From NCBI RefSeq assembly GCF_001447785.1, contig NW_015172070.1, positions 252,320-314,836 of the forward strand: a stretch of DNA of 62,517 nt, given 5' to 3'. The notes under the pieces were generated by a model. That model did not search any database. It was not told the origin of the DNA and saw only the letters and a list, made by a program, of their open reading frames with translations. Numbering within the stretch: the first letter of the stretch is position 1; every line of letters starts with the position of its first letter. Source of the stretch: Gekko japonicus (taxonomy: Eukaryota). The translations under genes were made by a program, and so were the position numbers. Of this stretch, positions 48,372 through 61,629 are shown one piece after another.

Positions 48372-51300
48372 TCAGAGCACCCTGCTGGGCTGACAGTGTT
48401 TGCCCACGTCCCGCAGCTGCAAGTCCTCCCGTGGCGACCAGGGCCGGGCGTAGCTGCTGCGCTGCAGCAGGATGCGGTTGAGGGTGTGCTCGTAGTTGAC
48501 GTGTTGGCGGGCCATCAGGACGTACTCACGCCGCTCCACCAGCAGGGGGCAGTCGCAGGTGTTGGAGACCCAGACAAATTCCCGGCGCCCAATAACGAAG
48601 CGGTTGCGGTAGGTGTGCAAAACCTGGACGTCGTAGCGGGTCTCCAGGCCAATGTAGTGCTTGGCCAGGATTTGCGCGCGGAATACTGTCGAGGGGAGGA
48701 GAAAAGAGAGAGTTTGAAAAGTGGGGAAGGGCTGCTAAGCCTCCCTCCTCAGGGAGAATTTCAGCAGTGGCGCCTTCTCCCTCAGTCATTTCACACCCAC
48801 TGGGGCTGCAATTCAATTTGTGTGGCTTTTAAAAATTAGATTAATTTATACTCCGCTTTTCTCCCCATTGGGGACTCAAAGCTGCTTACGATAGGATTCT
48901 CCTCTCCTCCAGTTTTGCATCGCAACAACCCTGTGGGGTATGTTATGCTGGAGGAGAGAGTGAATGGCCCAAGGTCACCCAAAGAGTTTCCATGGCAGGG
49001 CGAGGATTAGCACACGGGTTTCCCAGACCCTAGTCTGAGGCACCCAAACCACCACACCATGTTGACTGTGTCACAGTCTTCTCTGCACTCTGACCTGAGG
49101 ATTTGTTGCCTTCCAGATGTTGGAAAGTCCCTGACAGAGGTGGGGCTCCCCTCAAACTAGATGTTTCAGCCCGAGTTGGATGTGGTTTACCCCGACTGGA
49201 TTCTGATCGCCTCGCAGTCAAACGTGAGCTGCAGGAAACAAAGTTCCCAAGTGTGCTGGACCCCGATTTGGATCGGGACTGGTGTATAGCGGCGATTCCA
49301 TCAGCGTTCCATCCTGTGCCATTTTCCTGACTCAAAAAGGCTTCGGGGGTGCTATTTTCTGGGGCTGCAATTCAATTTGTGTGGCTTTTAAAAATTAGAT
49401 TAATTTATACTCCGCTTTTCTCCCCATTGGGGACTCAAAGCTGCTTACGATAGGATTCTCCTCTCCTCCAGTTTTGCATCGCAACAACCCTGTGGGGTAT
49501 GTTATGCTGGAGGAGAGAGTGAATGGCCCAAGGTCACCCAAAGAGTTTCCATGGCAGGGCGAGGATTAGCACACGGGTTTCCCAGACCCTAGTCTGAGGC
49601 ACCCAAACCACCACACCATGTTGACTGTGTCACAGTCTTCTCTGCACTCTGACCTGAGGATTTGTTGCCTTCCAGATGTTGGAAAGTCCCTGACAGAGGT
49701 GGGGCTCACCTCAAACTAGATGTTTCAGCCCGAGTTGGATGTGGTTTACCCCGATTGGATTCTGATCGCCTCGCAGTCAAACGTGAGCTGCAGGAAACAA
49801 AGTTCCCAAGTGTGCTGGACCCCGATTTGGATCGGGACTGGTGTATAGCGGCGATTCCATCAGCGTTCCATCCTGTGCCATTTTCCTGACTCAAAAAGCT
49901 ATTAATGTGGCTATTTTCCACATTGTGGGACTGCACGTGCTAAAACCACTTGTCTAGTTTGAGCCTACACCCAACAGGCTCACCCCAATAATGTAGCATC
50001 AGAGGAACATCGGTGAAGCTGCCTTGCATTGAATCTACCCATATCTCCCCTGACTAGTCGTGGTGCTCTGAGGTCTCCAAAGATCCTTGCCAGTTGCCAC
50101 CCTTTGCTCCCTAAGATCCTGTAAACTGGGTGTTGAACCAGGGACCCTGGGCACGTGAAGCATGCACTCAGCCCCTGAGCTACAGCTGAAAGCAGAAAAG
50201 CATTCCTGTTGTTACGCTCATGACTATAACAAAGCAGCCCTACGCAGAGCCAGATCCTTGGCCTATCCGCCTCGGCACTGCCTGATGACTGGCCGGGCCT
50301 TTCCAAAGTCTCAGGCGGAAGATCCTGTAAACTGGGTGTTGAACCAGGGACCCTGGGCACGTGAAGCATGCACTCAGCCCCTGAGCTACAGCTGAAAGCA
50401 GAAAAGCATTCCTGTTGTTACGCTCATGACTATAACAAAGCAGCCCTACGCAGAGCCAGATCCTTGGCCTATCCGCCTCAGCACTGCCTGATGACTGGCC
50501 GGGCCTTTCCAAAGTCTCAGGCGGAAGAACGACTTCCCAATACCTGCCATCTGGGAGTCACATAATTAATCAAACTGTTTCTGGGTCCAACCCGGGTCCT
50601 GTCAAACCACACGTGTGCCGACAGTTCCGAGTTCTGAAGTCCCAGCAAATTTTCAAACACTTCTCAGGCATGTGGGGGAGGATTCAGATCAGGCGATTGG
50701 GCTTCAGGGTCTCCCACCATCACATTTTCCCAAACTGGAGAGCTACCATTTGGCCCACTGGGAAACTTACATGTAGTCTGTCAGCCCATGTAAGTGTTCC
50801 CCCAAAAGGCAAGGGATGTTTCAGGCTAAGGGGAAAAAAGCATGGTGGAGGGTGGAGTGAATTAAGACCCTTCTCCTGTCGTGCCACAGTCCCAACCTGA
50901 TTTGGTCCCACCCACAGCTGAGAATTACATTTTAAAAATTGCCGGGAGCAACACATCAGCTTCTCTGGATCCGCCCTGGGTCCTGTCAATTGTGTAACGT
51001 GTCATTAGCCCCCCCCCCCCCTTCTTGCTGATGCCAGGGATTTTCCGCACACAACAGCCTTGAGCTATCCATTCTGCCATCCCCTCTGTGATGTGAGAAG
51101 ATGCCTCTCCCCAAACCCTTCCTGTAATCAGGCAGGTGAGTTCCAAAAGGGTAGTGAGGCCATTTCTCTGTTGAGGGGGTCAGGGTCTCATCCCCTGCCC
51201 CATCCCTGAAGAGAAGTAATACGTACCAAAATCACTCTGGCAGTAATGCTGAATGCGCTGGGATTTCCCTTTTGGTGTTTCACAACGTCTGCATCTCCCT

Positions 51301-54300
51301 GCAGGACAAGAAAGACAAAGCGCTTTCTGTGCAGTACTGGTGCAGTGATCGGGGGGGGGGGGGGGGGGGGAAAGCCTTCTATTGACTACATGACCCTCTA
51401 ATTAATACAATCCAAACAATGAACTACACCTCACACAGTCCCCCTCCACCCTGCTCTCACCTTAACCTGTTAACTGTTATTCCTTCTCCTCGCAATTCAC
51501 AAATTACAGCATACACAGGAGGGTGGGTCTGCGAGATCCCCACCCTTTGTAGCAGTCAGACATGAATTGCACGTGGAGAACAGACTTCAGCCTTCCCACC
51601 TGTGCCATTTTCCCTACTTGAAACCAGGGGTTGTTTCCTGCAGGAGGGCACGGGAGCGGAGCCCCGGCAGTAAAGAGCCCAGGGGGCGGGCACATGCAAC
51701 AAGCCCCCACCCCCTGCTCCCCGCAGCCCTCCGCCAGAGCAAGAAGCAGCCAGGTAAGCTGCAGAGCTCCCCCCCCCAGCCCCCCCGGTCCAAAACAGTC
51801 CAGTGGTACCTTTAAGACCAAGTTTTATTCAGGTACAAGCTCTCCCTCCTCTGCGAGGACAGATCTGCGTGTTCCCCCCCCCCAATAGCTAGCAATCCAA
51901 AACAGTCCAGTGGAGCCTGAGTGGTGGGTGTTGCCTTCTGACACACTTCCGGTGATGTTACGAGGTGTGGCATATGCAAATGAGTTATGCTAATGAGTTA
52001 TGCTAATGAGCTCCTGCATCTCTTTTTCTACGAAATGACCCCTGCTTGAAACAGTCTCGGGGGAGGGGGACTTCTTTGTACTCCACGATTTGTTATCAGC
52101 TCTCAGAATCCTGGGTCCAGACAGCTACCCTGTTTTCTCACTCCCCATCCTCCACCAGGACCATCTTCTCTCAACTCCTGGTAAGCCACCTCCCCGTCAA
52201 CCTATCCCTCTCCTCTGACTCTTTCGTCACCCTGTCCAACCATATCCCATCACTTGTCTCATTCTCCAAAAATCCTGCCTTGATCCACCCATGGTATAAA
52301 AACGATTAAGCAAATGGAACCTGATTTCTTCCCGAGCGATGCTTTGTTTTGCTGGAGGGACAGGAAGAAATTTGGTTTATAATTCTTTGAGAGGGTGACG
52401 TTAGCTTCAAATAATGTGTGGTGCAGAAATGGGGAGGGAGGAATTCTGTAACATCAAAGACCTCCCTGTTGCCAAAAATAAAACTTTTATCTGTTCTTTA
52501 TTGGTTCTGTGGCAAAACACTGCAGTTCTAACTAATGAAGGGACAATTTGGTGAATTGCCTGTACTTGCACGAGTCAGAAATCTCATTGTGAATTATGGA
52601 GTAAAAACTCCAGAGGCTGGGGGGGAAACGAGCCTTCCAAAGTTCTGCTTGACACAGCAGGCAAAGAAATGCGCCTCCAGATGTTTGGGCTGACATAATG
52701 CTAAAACCGATTGGCAGACACTGTTTTTCACTTTTGCCTTTTGGTCAGCCTGATTTACGAGTGATCAGAAAAAGGAAGCTGATAGTAACACAAGACGTGA
52801 ATACATGAAGCTGCCTTGTAGTGAATCAGACCCTTGGCAGACGTTCTCCAGGGTCTGAGGCAGAGGTCTTTCATATCACCTACTGCCTGGTCTTTTTTAA
52901 CTGGAGATGCCAGGGACTGAACCTGGGACCTTCTGCATGCCAAGCAGATGCTCTACTACTGAGCCACAGCCCCACCTGTGACGCCTTGTCTCGTCTACCA
53001 GCATCCGCAGAGCCCTACGGATCTGACTTGTCAGTCTGGAGATTTAAAGCTGAAGGAGTGAAACTGACTATCAACAGAGTCAATGAATACTTGGAGTGCT
53101 TTCTGAATGCGGAATTCCATCACACTGTCTTTTAGAATGTTTGTGGCAAATCTCAGGGCCTATTCACCTATGACGAAGTTCTTATGTCCCCCATGTCTCT
53201 ACCCCCATCCTGCTGACCAGAGTCTCACACTCACAACTTGTTTGCTAGGTCCATGTGGACCTGATTTGGATTGGTCTGGAGCACGCAGGGCAGGGGGGGG
53301 GGCATAACCTTTCCTGTCATTTTCCTGAGCGGGGAGCTGCTGTTTGCCCCGTTGGGGGAAATTTAATGTATACTAATGGACTGTGTGTAAGGGTAAAGGT
53401 TCCCTTGCTCGAAAGCCAATCAAATCCGACTCTAGGGTTGCGGTGCTCATCTCCGTTTCCAAGCCGAAGAGCCAGCGCTGTCCGAAGACGTTTCCGTGGT
53501 CATGTGGCCGGCATGACTAAACACCAAGGCGCACGGAATGCTGTTACCTTCCCACTGAAGTGGTACCTATTTATCTACTTGCAATTTCTTGCTTTCAAAC
53601 TGCTAGGGCTGCGTGCAAGTTCCCTCAAAAGTGCACACAGTGGATCTCCGGACTGTTTCAGGTGGGGAAAATAGCACAGAGGGAAGCTTAAGCCCCTTCC
53701 CTGCACACCATGGTCCTGATTTGAATCTGTCTTTCACGGACCTGGGAAATAATCCTCAAACGCAGAATCCCCAGAGTCCATCAGATTAACAGAAACTTGT
53801 GGGGAGATGTGAGGACTTGGTAATACATGAATTGGCTTGAGAAACCTGTCACCTTGACAAAAGAATAACTTTTAGAGAACAGAACAAAAAAGGCTACTGT
53901 TAAAATGGAAGTGGATGGCCACAGCTGCCAAATTCATCTTTTTTCCATTTAGACGTGGTTTGTTTTGCCCTAGTGTGATTGTTGCCTGCCGGAATTATCA
54001 TGCTGTGATGGCATTATTGTTAGGGCTGCGGGCACCAGGTTGGGAAATTCCTGGAGATTTTGAGGGTGGAAGCCTGAGGAAAGTGGGGCTTGGAGAGGGA
54101 AGGGACTTCAGCAGGCTATAATTTGGCCTGGGCTGCAAGCACTGCACTGGCTGTCGGTAGCATACCGGGTTCACTTCAAAGTGCTGGTTCTCACCTTTAA
54201 AGCCCTGAATGGCCAGGGTCCGGCTTACCTGAAGGACCGTCTCTTCCCGTATGTTCCCTCAAGAGCACTACGATCGGGGAAAAAATGGAAGTGGATGGCC

Positions 54301-57300
54301 ACAGCTGCCAAATTCATCTTTTTTCCATTTATACGTGGTTTGTTTTGCCCTAGTAGTGTGATTGTTGCCTGCCTGAATTATCGTGTTGTGATGGCATTAC
54401 TGTTAGGGCTGCCAGCACCAGGTTGGGAAATTCCTGGAGATTTTGAGGGTGGAGCCTGAGGAAAGTGGGGTTTGAAGGGACTTCAGCAGGGTATAATGCT
54501 ACAGAGTCCACCTTCCAAAGTGGCCATTTTCGCAAAGCGAACTGATCACTGTCGCCTGGAGATCGGTTGTAATCCCAGGGGATCTCCAGCCACTACCTGG
54601 AAGTTGGTAACCCAAACTATTGTGTTGCAGCTACGGGACTCCACCTCCCCAACGGCTAGATTTGGACAGCTGCTGTTGATAGTTCAACACTGTCTATGTG
54701 TGTATCATTTTGATGGTATATTTTTTAATTCAGAGCTTCATTAGAGACAGTTATTTAATTACGAAAGCTGCATACAAATGCTTCCGTTCATCATCCTCGC
54801 CATATTAAAATAATAGGCTGGATCTAGCTATAAATAATGTTGTCAGTTATAACGGTGAGGTTTAAAAAAAAAAAAGGGCTGCAAGTCTGACTTGGTTTGA
54901 TCAGTACATGAAATGCAAGCTCTTGGCTTGGCTTCCAAACAAACCTGAAATCCACATGGCTCATTATCCGATGGAACAACTTGAGAACCTGGTGGCCCAA
55001 GGAATGTGCTTCACAGTTAGTTCTCCCTAAGGGCTAATGGGAGAGCAGACAGGCTGTTGGGAAAAAAATACCCTTCTGAAGCCTGTTATGTTTGGGGGCC
55101 TGCTATACTTTTTATTTGGGGCAGTATATATCTGATGCTTGCTATACTCTTAAAATCTAGGGCCAAAAATGTACTGGATTAACAGATTTCTATTCATTTC
55201 CTTCTCCAATTAAGAATGAAGTTTCCTTTCTATAAAGCCAAATGCGCTTTGCCTGAAACCCCGGATGTCAGCAGACTTCCTGCAATGACTTTGCGGGAGG
55301 GATGTGTTTAGATGCTGGCACAGTACACCCGTCTCGGATCTTGGCTCTCCTGTGAACTTGCCAGGTGACCATCAGTCAGCCACTGTGCTTCCAGATTTGT
55401 CTCTGCATGAGAGCAATACTGAGCTAGCTTACGAAGCTGCTGTAGATACCATGGGAGGGGAGGGGCCATGCTTCTTAGACAGAGCATTTGCTTGGCACGC
55501 AGAATGTCCCAGGTCCCAGTTAAAAGAATCAGGCTGCTGGTGATGTGGAAGACCTCCGCTTGAGACCCTGGAGAGCGGCTGCCACTCAGAGTAACCAGTG
55601 TTCACCTTGATGGACCGAGGGTCTGATTCACTATAAGGCCACTTCCTGTGAGTTCAAAGGGGGCTGTTACCCTGGCAAAAGCTGACTGAAAAGTCTGTGA
55701 GGAGAAACTGACAAAAGGACAGGCCCGTAGCCAGGATATTTTAATTGGGGGGGGGCTTCAAATAAGTCAGGGGGCACCCTCACACACCTCAAGCAAGCAC
55801 CATAAATAAAATAAAAAATTGAAAGTTGTGGGGCCTGGGCTGCATGGGAAGTTGTGGGGCCTTGGTGGTAAGTTGTGGGGCCGGTCCCCATGAGACCCCA
55901 CTGTAGCTATGGGCCTGCAAGAGGAGGAAATTCAGATCTTTGAAGGTCCAGAAAAAGAGACCAACGTGAGAGTCAAAGTTCCCACTTAAGTCTACTCCCA
56001 GGAAAGTGTTCCTAGGATGACGCCATAAAGCGTAATTTCACACTGAAGGCTTATTAAAGTGATGTTTGTTTAAAGTGGCTTGTAAAAGAAACACAAACCT
56101 GCACCGATTGGGAAGCTCATCCACATTACAAGTATTTTTTCTTCCGCATTGCATCTCATAACAACAATCACACATTCGCATAAATAGTCTCAAGGGCCCT
56201 TTAATGTTTCACGCTTAAGTAGGGCTGAAACATTCATCAGCTCAGTTTCAGAGGGGTAGCCAACGTGTAAAAAAAACTAGATTAGAGTCCAGCAGGACCA
56301 CAGAGACCGATAAGGTTTTCGGCACATAAGCTTCTGAGAGCCATCCGATGTAGTCTTGCACCCTGAAAATCTTGTTGGTCTCCAAAATTCTCCTGGACTC
56401 CAATTTAGCAGAAAAAGGAAGTCAGCCAGACTCTACCTAGCTGGTTGGGTGTCCTTGCTGGCGTAGACATGGGTGCCTCTTGCGATGTCTTCTTGGCTGC
56501 ACCCCCAACCTTTTGAACAGGTGGGGTTGTTGTGGCTTGTGGGAAATGTCGGGGTTCCCCCTCTGGGTTTCCCTCCACTTCCCTGGTCTGTTGCTGGCGC
56601 AGGGGGCTAGCGTCGCTCTGGACATGGTGGAACTGCTCCCTCGGCAGCCAGAACTGGTATTCGATGCCAGAGTTGTGCTCCTGGAAGAGAACCTGACAAG
56701 AAAGTTTGGGTTGAGACTCTACAGCAGGGGTAGCGCATAAGATACCGGGAGCTTGCTGGCTGCTGTGGAGTAGCTCACGCATCCCCTGGAAGATCTAGGT
56801 AAAAAAACGACAAGATCGGCTCTAGGGCTGTTTGTTTTTGTTTTTTTTAAACACTTTAATCTGATAGGAGTTTTCTCTGTGCTGCTTAGGTTTCTGCCGC
56901 TCTTCATAGTCCACATTCTGTTTCTAGGATAGAACGAAACTTCTTAACACGGGTCCACCCTGGCCACTGGCGGGGGGAGGGGGGCATAGGGTTGCCAGCT
57001 CCAGGTTAGAGAACTCCTGGAGATTTGAGGGGCGGAGCCTGGGGAGGACAGGGACCTCAGTGGGATACAACACCATAGAGCCCACCAGCAATGCTCCCTC
57101 TAAGCTCCACAGTGTTATCTACAGCAGGGGTAGCGCATAAGATACCGGGAGCTTGCTGGCTGCTGTGGAGTAGCTCATGCATCCCCTGGAAGATCTAGGT
57201 AAAAAAATGACAAGATCAGCTCTAGGGCTGTTTGTTTTTGTTTGTTTTTTAAAACACTTTAATCTGATAGGATTTTTCTCTGTGCTGCTTAGGTTTCTGC

Positions 57301-60300
57301 CGCTCTTCGTAGTCCACATTCTGTTTCTAGGATAGAACGAAACTTCTTAACACGGGTCCACCCTGGCCACTGGCGGGGGGAGGGGGGCATAGGGTTGCCA
57401 GCTCCAGGTTAGAGAACTCCTGGAGATTTGAGGGGCGGAGCCTGGGGAGGACAGGGACCTCAGTGGGATACAACACCATAGAGCCCACCAGCAATGCTCC
57501 CTCTAAGATCCACAGTGTTATGAGCAAAAATTCTACCTCATGAGCAAAAAAAACTAGTAGCATTAAAGTTGTGAGCAAGTCTGCATTTGACTATCGCATA
57601 AATTAGTTCTTTTAGAGGATTATTTCCATTACCTTGTAAAAATCTCAGAATGAATTCTTTTAAACTATATTTAAACTATATTTTAAGACTAATTTAAAGA
57701 TTATAAGAGAAAATAGAACCAAGTCAAATTTCATTACATAAAATGTTATCCTCTATGGAGGTAGACCAGGACTCTGGAGAATAGGTCTTCCCGCCCCTTT
57801 CCACTATATTGGTAGACCTGGACTCAGTCCGTTGCCCTGCGCTGAGCCTTAGAAAACATACCAGCACTTGGGGGGGGGGGGCCTTTTGCAGTTTCTTTTG
57901 GGGGGGCGTTAGTGAAATACGCAAATTTACAAGTAAAATATTACAGAGGTGGAACAATCACTATCAGAACCCTGCCTAACCTAACAAACAGGAAGTTGCT
58001 TAAATGTTATCAACCTGCCCAAACTTATTTATTCAAATATTTCAGTATTCAGTATTCAAATATTTCAGTTTTTCTCTGTGACTCAAAGCAACTTACAAAT
58101 CATACTGAAAAGCATAAGAGGGGTATGCAAAAAACCCCCACAAATCTTTTTCTCCCCTGCTCCATTATAGCCTATGGGGACCATGATAGTCAATGGGCCC
58201 CATAGGCCACAATGGAGAAGCAATCGGGGGGGGGGGCTGTTTTTTGAGGTAGAGGCACCAACTTTGCAGCATTGCTGCCATCTTCTGTCCTCAACTCCTC
58301 CCCTACGTTTCAAAAATATTGGACTGGGGATCCAATTCTATGGACCCCAGAAGGAAGTGCCCTCATCCTCCATTGTTTCCAATGGAGGGGGAAAATGCTA
58401 GTGAGCTGGAAGCTAAAATATCTGAGCAGCCAGCTAAAATTCTGTGCACCAGTGCCCCGTGGAGCAGCTTACAGGGACCACTGAAGTCCACCCTCCAAAG
58501 CATCTATTTTCTCCAGGGGAACTGATCTCTGTAGTCTGGAGATAACCTGTAATTCCAGGGGACCCCAGGTCCCACCGGAAGGCTGGCATCCCCAGATGCC
58601 ATAACATGTGCGGGAGTGTAGCTCAGGACAGTTTTTTCTTTACTGTCATTAAAGAAAAAGTTGCTGGCACTTGCCCTACAGTATTTTTGTTCCCAGGGAA
58701 GATATATCGGAATCATTCTAGGAGGGGAAGCATAGTACCCTCAACATCTTAACAGCAGCATATGTAGAGGGAGAGTTGCAGAATAATATGTCCCATTCCA
58801 CCTGGTTGTGTTGATTGGAATGGACTGGTCTGGGGCTGAGTAAAGGGGAAAAGTCAAAAGTGGGGATGACAGGTGGACCTCTCTACAGGAATGCTGTTCT
58901 TTTTATTGTGATCTCTTTTCTGTTTCGATTAACAAAGCTCTGTTGGGCTCCAAAGGAGCAATCTGAAGTGTTGCATTTCGGTAGCAGAGGATGGCTTCAT
59001 GCTGAGTATTCTAGCAGTGAGGGATGCTCAGTCCCTTTTCACATGGCTCCTCCCCTCCCCTCTTACCATCACAGACAAGTCTTCCTGGGTGGGGCCAGTG
59101 GCTTCAAAGCTCTCATGCACGTCAGCCGTCCGAGCATAGTGCACTTTGGTGCCTGCCACTTCGTACACGCCCGGCCAGTCAATGGCCCAGTCCCCATTGA
59201 TGACGTAACGCTGGTTGGCGTTCATCAGAGCTGCAGAGGGAAGGCAGAGGGAGAGATGAGATGGCTCCCAGTTGGGTGCGGACATTACACACAGGTAGAT
59301 TAACAAGGAGGACTGGTGCAGAAAGAGCAGGATGAGTGCCAAGTAGGGCTGCCAACCTCCAGGTGGTGGCTGGAGATCTCCTGGGATTACAACTGATTGC
59401 CAGGTGACGGAGATCAGTTCACCTGGAGAAAATGGCTGCTTTGGAAGGTGGACTCTATGGCACTGTACCCTGCTAAAGTCCCTCCTCTCTCCAAACCCTG
59501 GCTCCACCCCTAAAATCTCCAGATATTTCCCAAACCAGAGCTAATAGCACTAACAACTGAGTAGTTGGGCCTAGTGGTTGGAGAGAAAGTCCAGGCTCTG
59601 CCTTCTAAGGAAGCTACAGAAACTCTATTCACGTGTTACAGTGAACACATGTACATACATAGATCTGTTTGTACAAAAGAGTCAACATGCATTCACAGCA
59701 ATTGAAAGCAGGATAAATGTGCCATTTCAGTCACATGTTCAGTTGTATCTGCATCAAATGGAACATGAGAATTACTCAGTGTGTGCATAAAAGTAATCAA
59801 GTGTACACTGTACACGGATTATATGTGTTTTCACTGTAATGTGTGAACAGGGCTCCTGTCACATTCGATTATATGTGCTTTCACTCTAATGTGTGAACAG
59901 GGCTCCTGTCACATTCCAAGAACAGGGCCTTTTCTGTGGTGGTCCCAGAGTTAAGGAATAGGCTCCCCTGAGAAGTCCATGCGTGTCCAGAGAGTCATCT
60001 TTTTTCCATTCTGCTGGCAATTTGGGAATTGGCTTGAGATTCTTCACTGCTATTTTACACAGTTTTAGAATATCCTTTTAATAGCATTTAAATTGTGCTT
60101 TTAAAAATGTTCAGTGTTTTTTTGGAAGCTGATTTATGAATTTTTGTTGCTGTTGAAATATGGTCTAGAAAGGTTGTAAAACACCCCTCCACAAACAAAT
60201 AAAAAGGCCAGGAACTGGAATTCTAGTGGGGTCCAACAAGTGTCTAGGAAGGATACATGTTGTGGTTACAGTGTTGGATTAGGAATTGGGAGACCCAGGT

Positions 60301-61629
60301 GCAAATCCCCACAGCCAAGAAGTACAGGAGGTGACCGTGGGTGAGCCACTCTCTCTCAGCCTGGTTTACCTTGCGAGATTGCTGTGAGGGCAAAACAGGG
60401 AGAAGAGAATTTATAGAATGCAGAATACCAGCACTCTCAATCTATGAATACAGAAAGTATACACCATGTATTTGGGTGATATCCATTGGGAGCAAGTAGG
60501 AGTATCACAGTGTGTGCGAGTATGGTGCAATAGTTAGACTGCTGGACTAGGATCTGGAAGACCTGGGTTCAGATCCCCATTCATGCCAGCTTACTGGATG
60601 ACCTTGGGCCAGTCACGCATTCTCAGCCTAACCTACCTCACAGAGGAAGAGGAGGAGATTGGATTTATACCCCGCCCTTCACTTGGAGTCTCCGAGCGGC
60701 TTACAAACTCCTTTCCCTTCCCCTCCCCACAACAGACACCCTGTGAGGTGGGTGGGGCTGAGAGAACTCTGACACAAACTGCTCTTTCAGGAACAGCTGT
60801 GCCAGAGCTTGTGACTGACCCAAGGTCACACCAGCAGCTGTATGTGGAGGAGTGGGGGAATCAAACCCGGTTCTCCCAGATTAGAGTCTGCGCTCCTAAC
60901 CACTACACCAAACTGGCTGTACAGGGCTGTTGTGAGGATAAACTGGAGGAGAGAACTATATATGCCTCCTTGGGTCCCCATTGGGGAGAAAGGCAGGGTA
61001 TATCTGGTTAAATAAAAATAAATAAATTAGTAACAGAAATCAAGGTGCCCCTATTGGTTTTCTAAAGAATAATATTGGATCTAATGATATGAAACTGGTT
61101 ACATTACACCTTTGATGACTGTAGCCAGAACTTATATTGCTGCTGTACAGAAATCAAAGAGTCCCCACCATCAATAGACTGGTACAAAAGGATTTGGACA
61201 GTCACACTTTTTGACCAAGCTGACTTATAATAGAAGGGAACTGGGAAGACCGTAATCTTATAGATTTGTGAAAACCTGGATTTTGTTTACTGGCCATTGG
61301 AACAAAACTTTTTCTTATTGTATACAATTATATATACTATTTTCCTTGATATTAAAAAAAAGAGGGAGAGGAGAAACTTGTATTCCACTGAGAGCACTTT
61401 AGGGGTAAAGTGGGATATAAATTTGATAAGACAGACCAGTATGTGCCCCATCCACTGCCAAACAGGGGACCAGGATAAATGCTCTCCCGGTGCTGGTGGG
61501 AGGGGGCTATGTGCAGAATTGGATGGGGCAGAAGTTGCTTCCTACCCAGATAGTTGCGGCTGCGATCCGTCACCTTGATGTGCCTCGCGCCTGCTGGGAT
61601 CCGGGTCACATTCTTGTACCCAAAGAAGC
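48372..61629 (-). CDS. ADAMTSL5: ADAMTS-like protein 5, 3' part; exons 61629-61546, 59230-59067, 56692-56437, 51298-51227, 48685-48372; the 5' part is off the right edge
   Basis: ADAMTS spacer (GFFGYKNVTRIPAGARHIKVTDRSRNYL|ALMNANQRYVINGDWAIDWPGVYEVAGTKVHY...|VLFQEHNSGIEYQFWLP) followed by a C-terminal NTR module (CRRCETPKGKSQRIQHYCQSDF|VFRAQIL...NTCDCPLL...LRDVGKHC). This spacer-plus-NTR layout is diagnostic of ADAMTSL5. All phases are consistent. Confidence 0.93.
48801..49898. repeat. Near-identical tandem duplication, period 559 bp
   Basis: 48802-49339 repeats at 49361-49898 with only a few substitutions (twin ORFs 49103 and 49662). Confidence 0.95.
50114..50527. repeat. Tandem duplication, period 206 bp
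   Basis: Twin ORFs 50162 and 50368. Confidence 0.95.
54125..54280 (+). mobile_element. L2 LINE fragment
   Basis: LHWL...FKVLVLTFKALNGQGPAYLKDRLFPYVPSRALRS is an L2-type RT C-terminal motif. Confidence 0.7.
55720..55917. mobile_element. hAT-type MITE
   Basis: TIR CAGGCCCGTAGC / GCTATGGGCCTG; TSD CAAAAGGA/CAAGAGGA. Confidence 0.7.
56719..57520. repeat. Tandem duplication, period 400 bp
   Basis: Twin ORFs 56719 and 57119. Confidence 0.95.
60643..60918 (-). mobile_element. tRNA-derived squamate SINE nested in an oppositely oriented SINE
   Basis: Same family as 22545-22818; it interrupts a + strand SINE spanning ~60515-61030. Confidence 0.7.
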
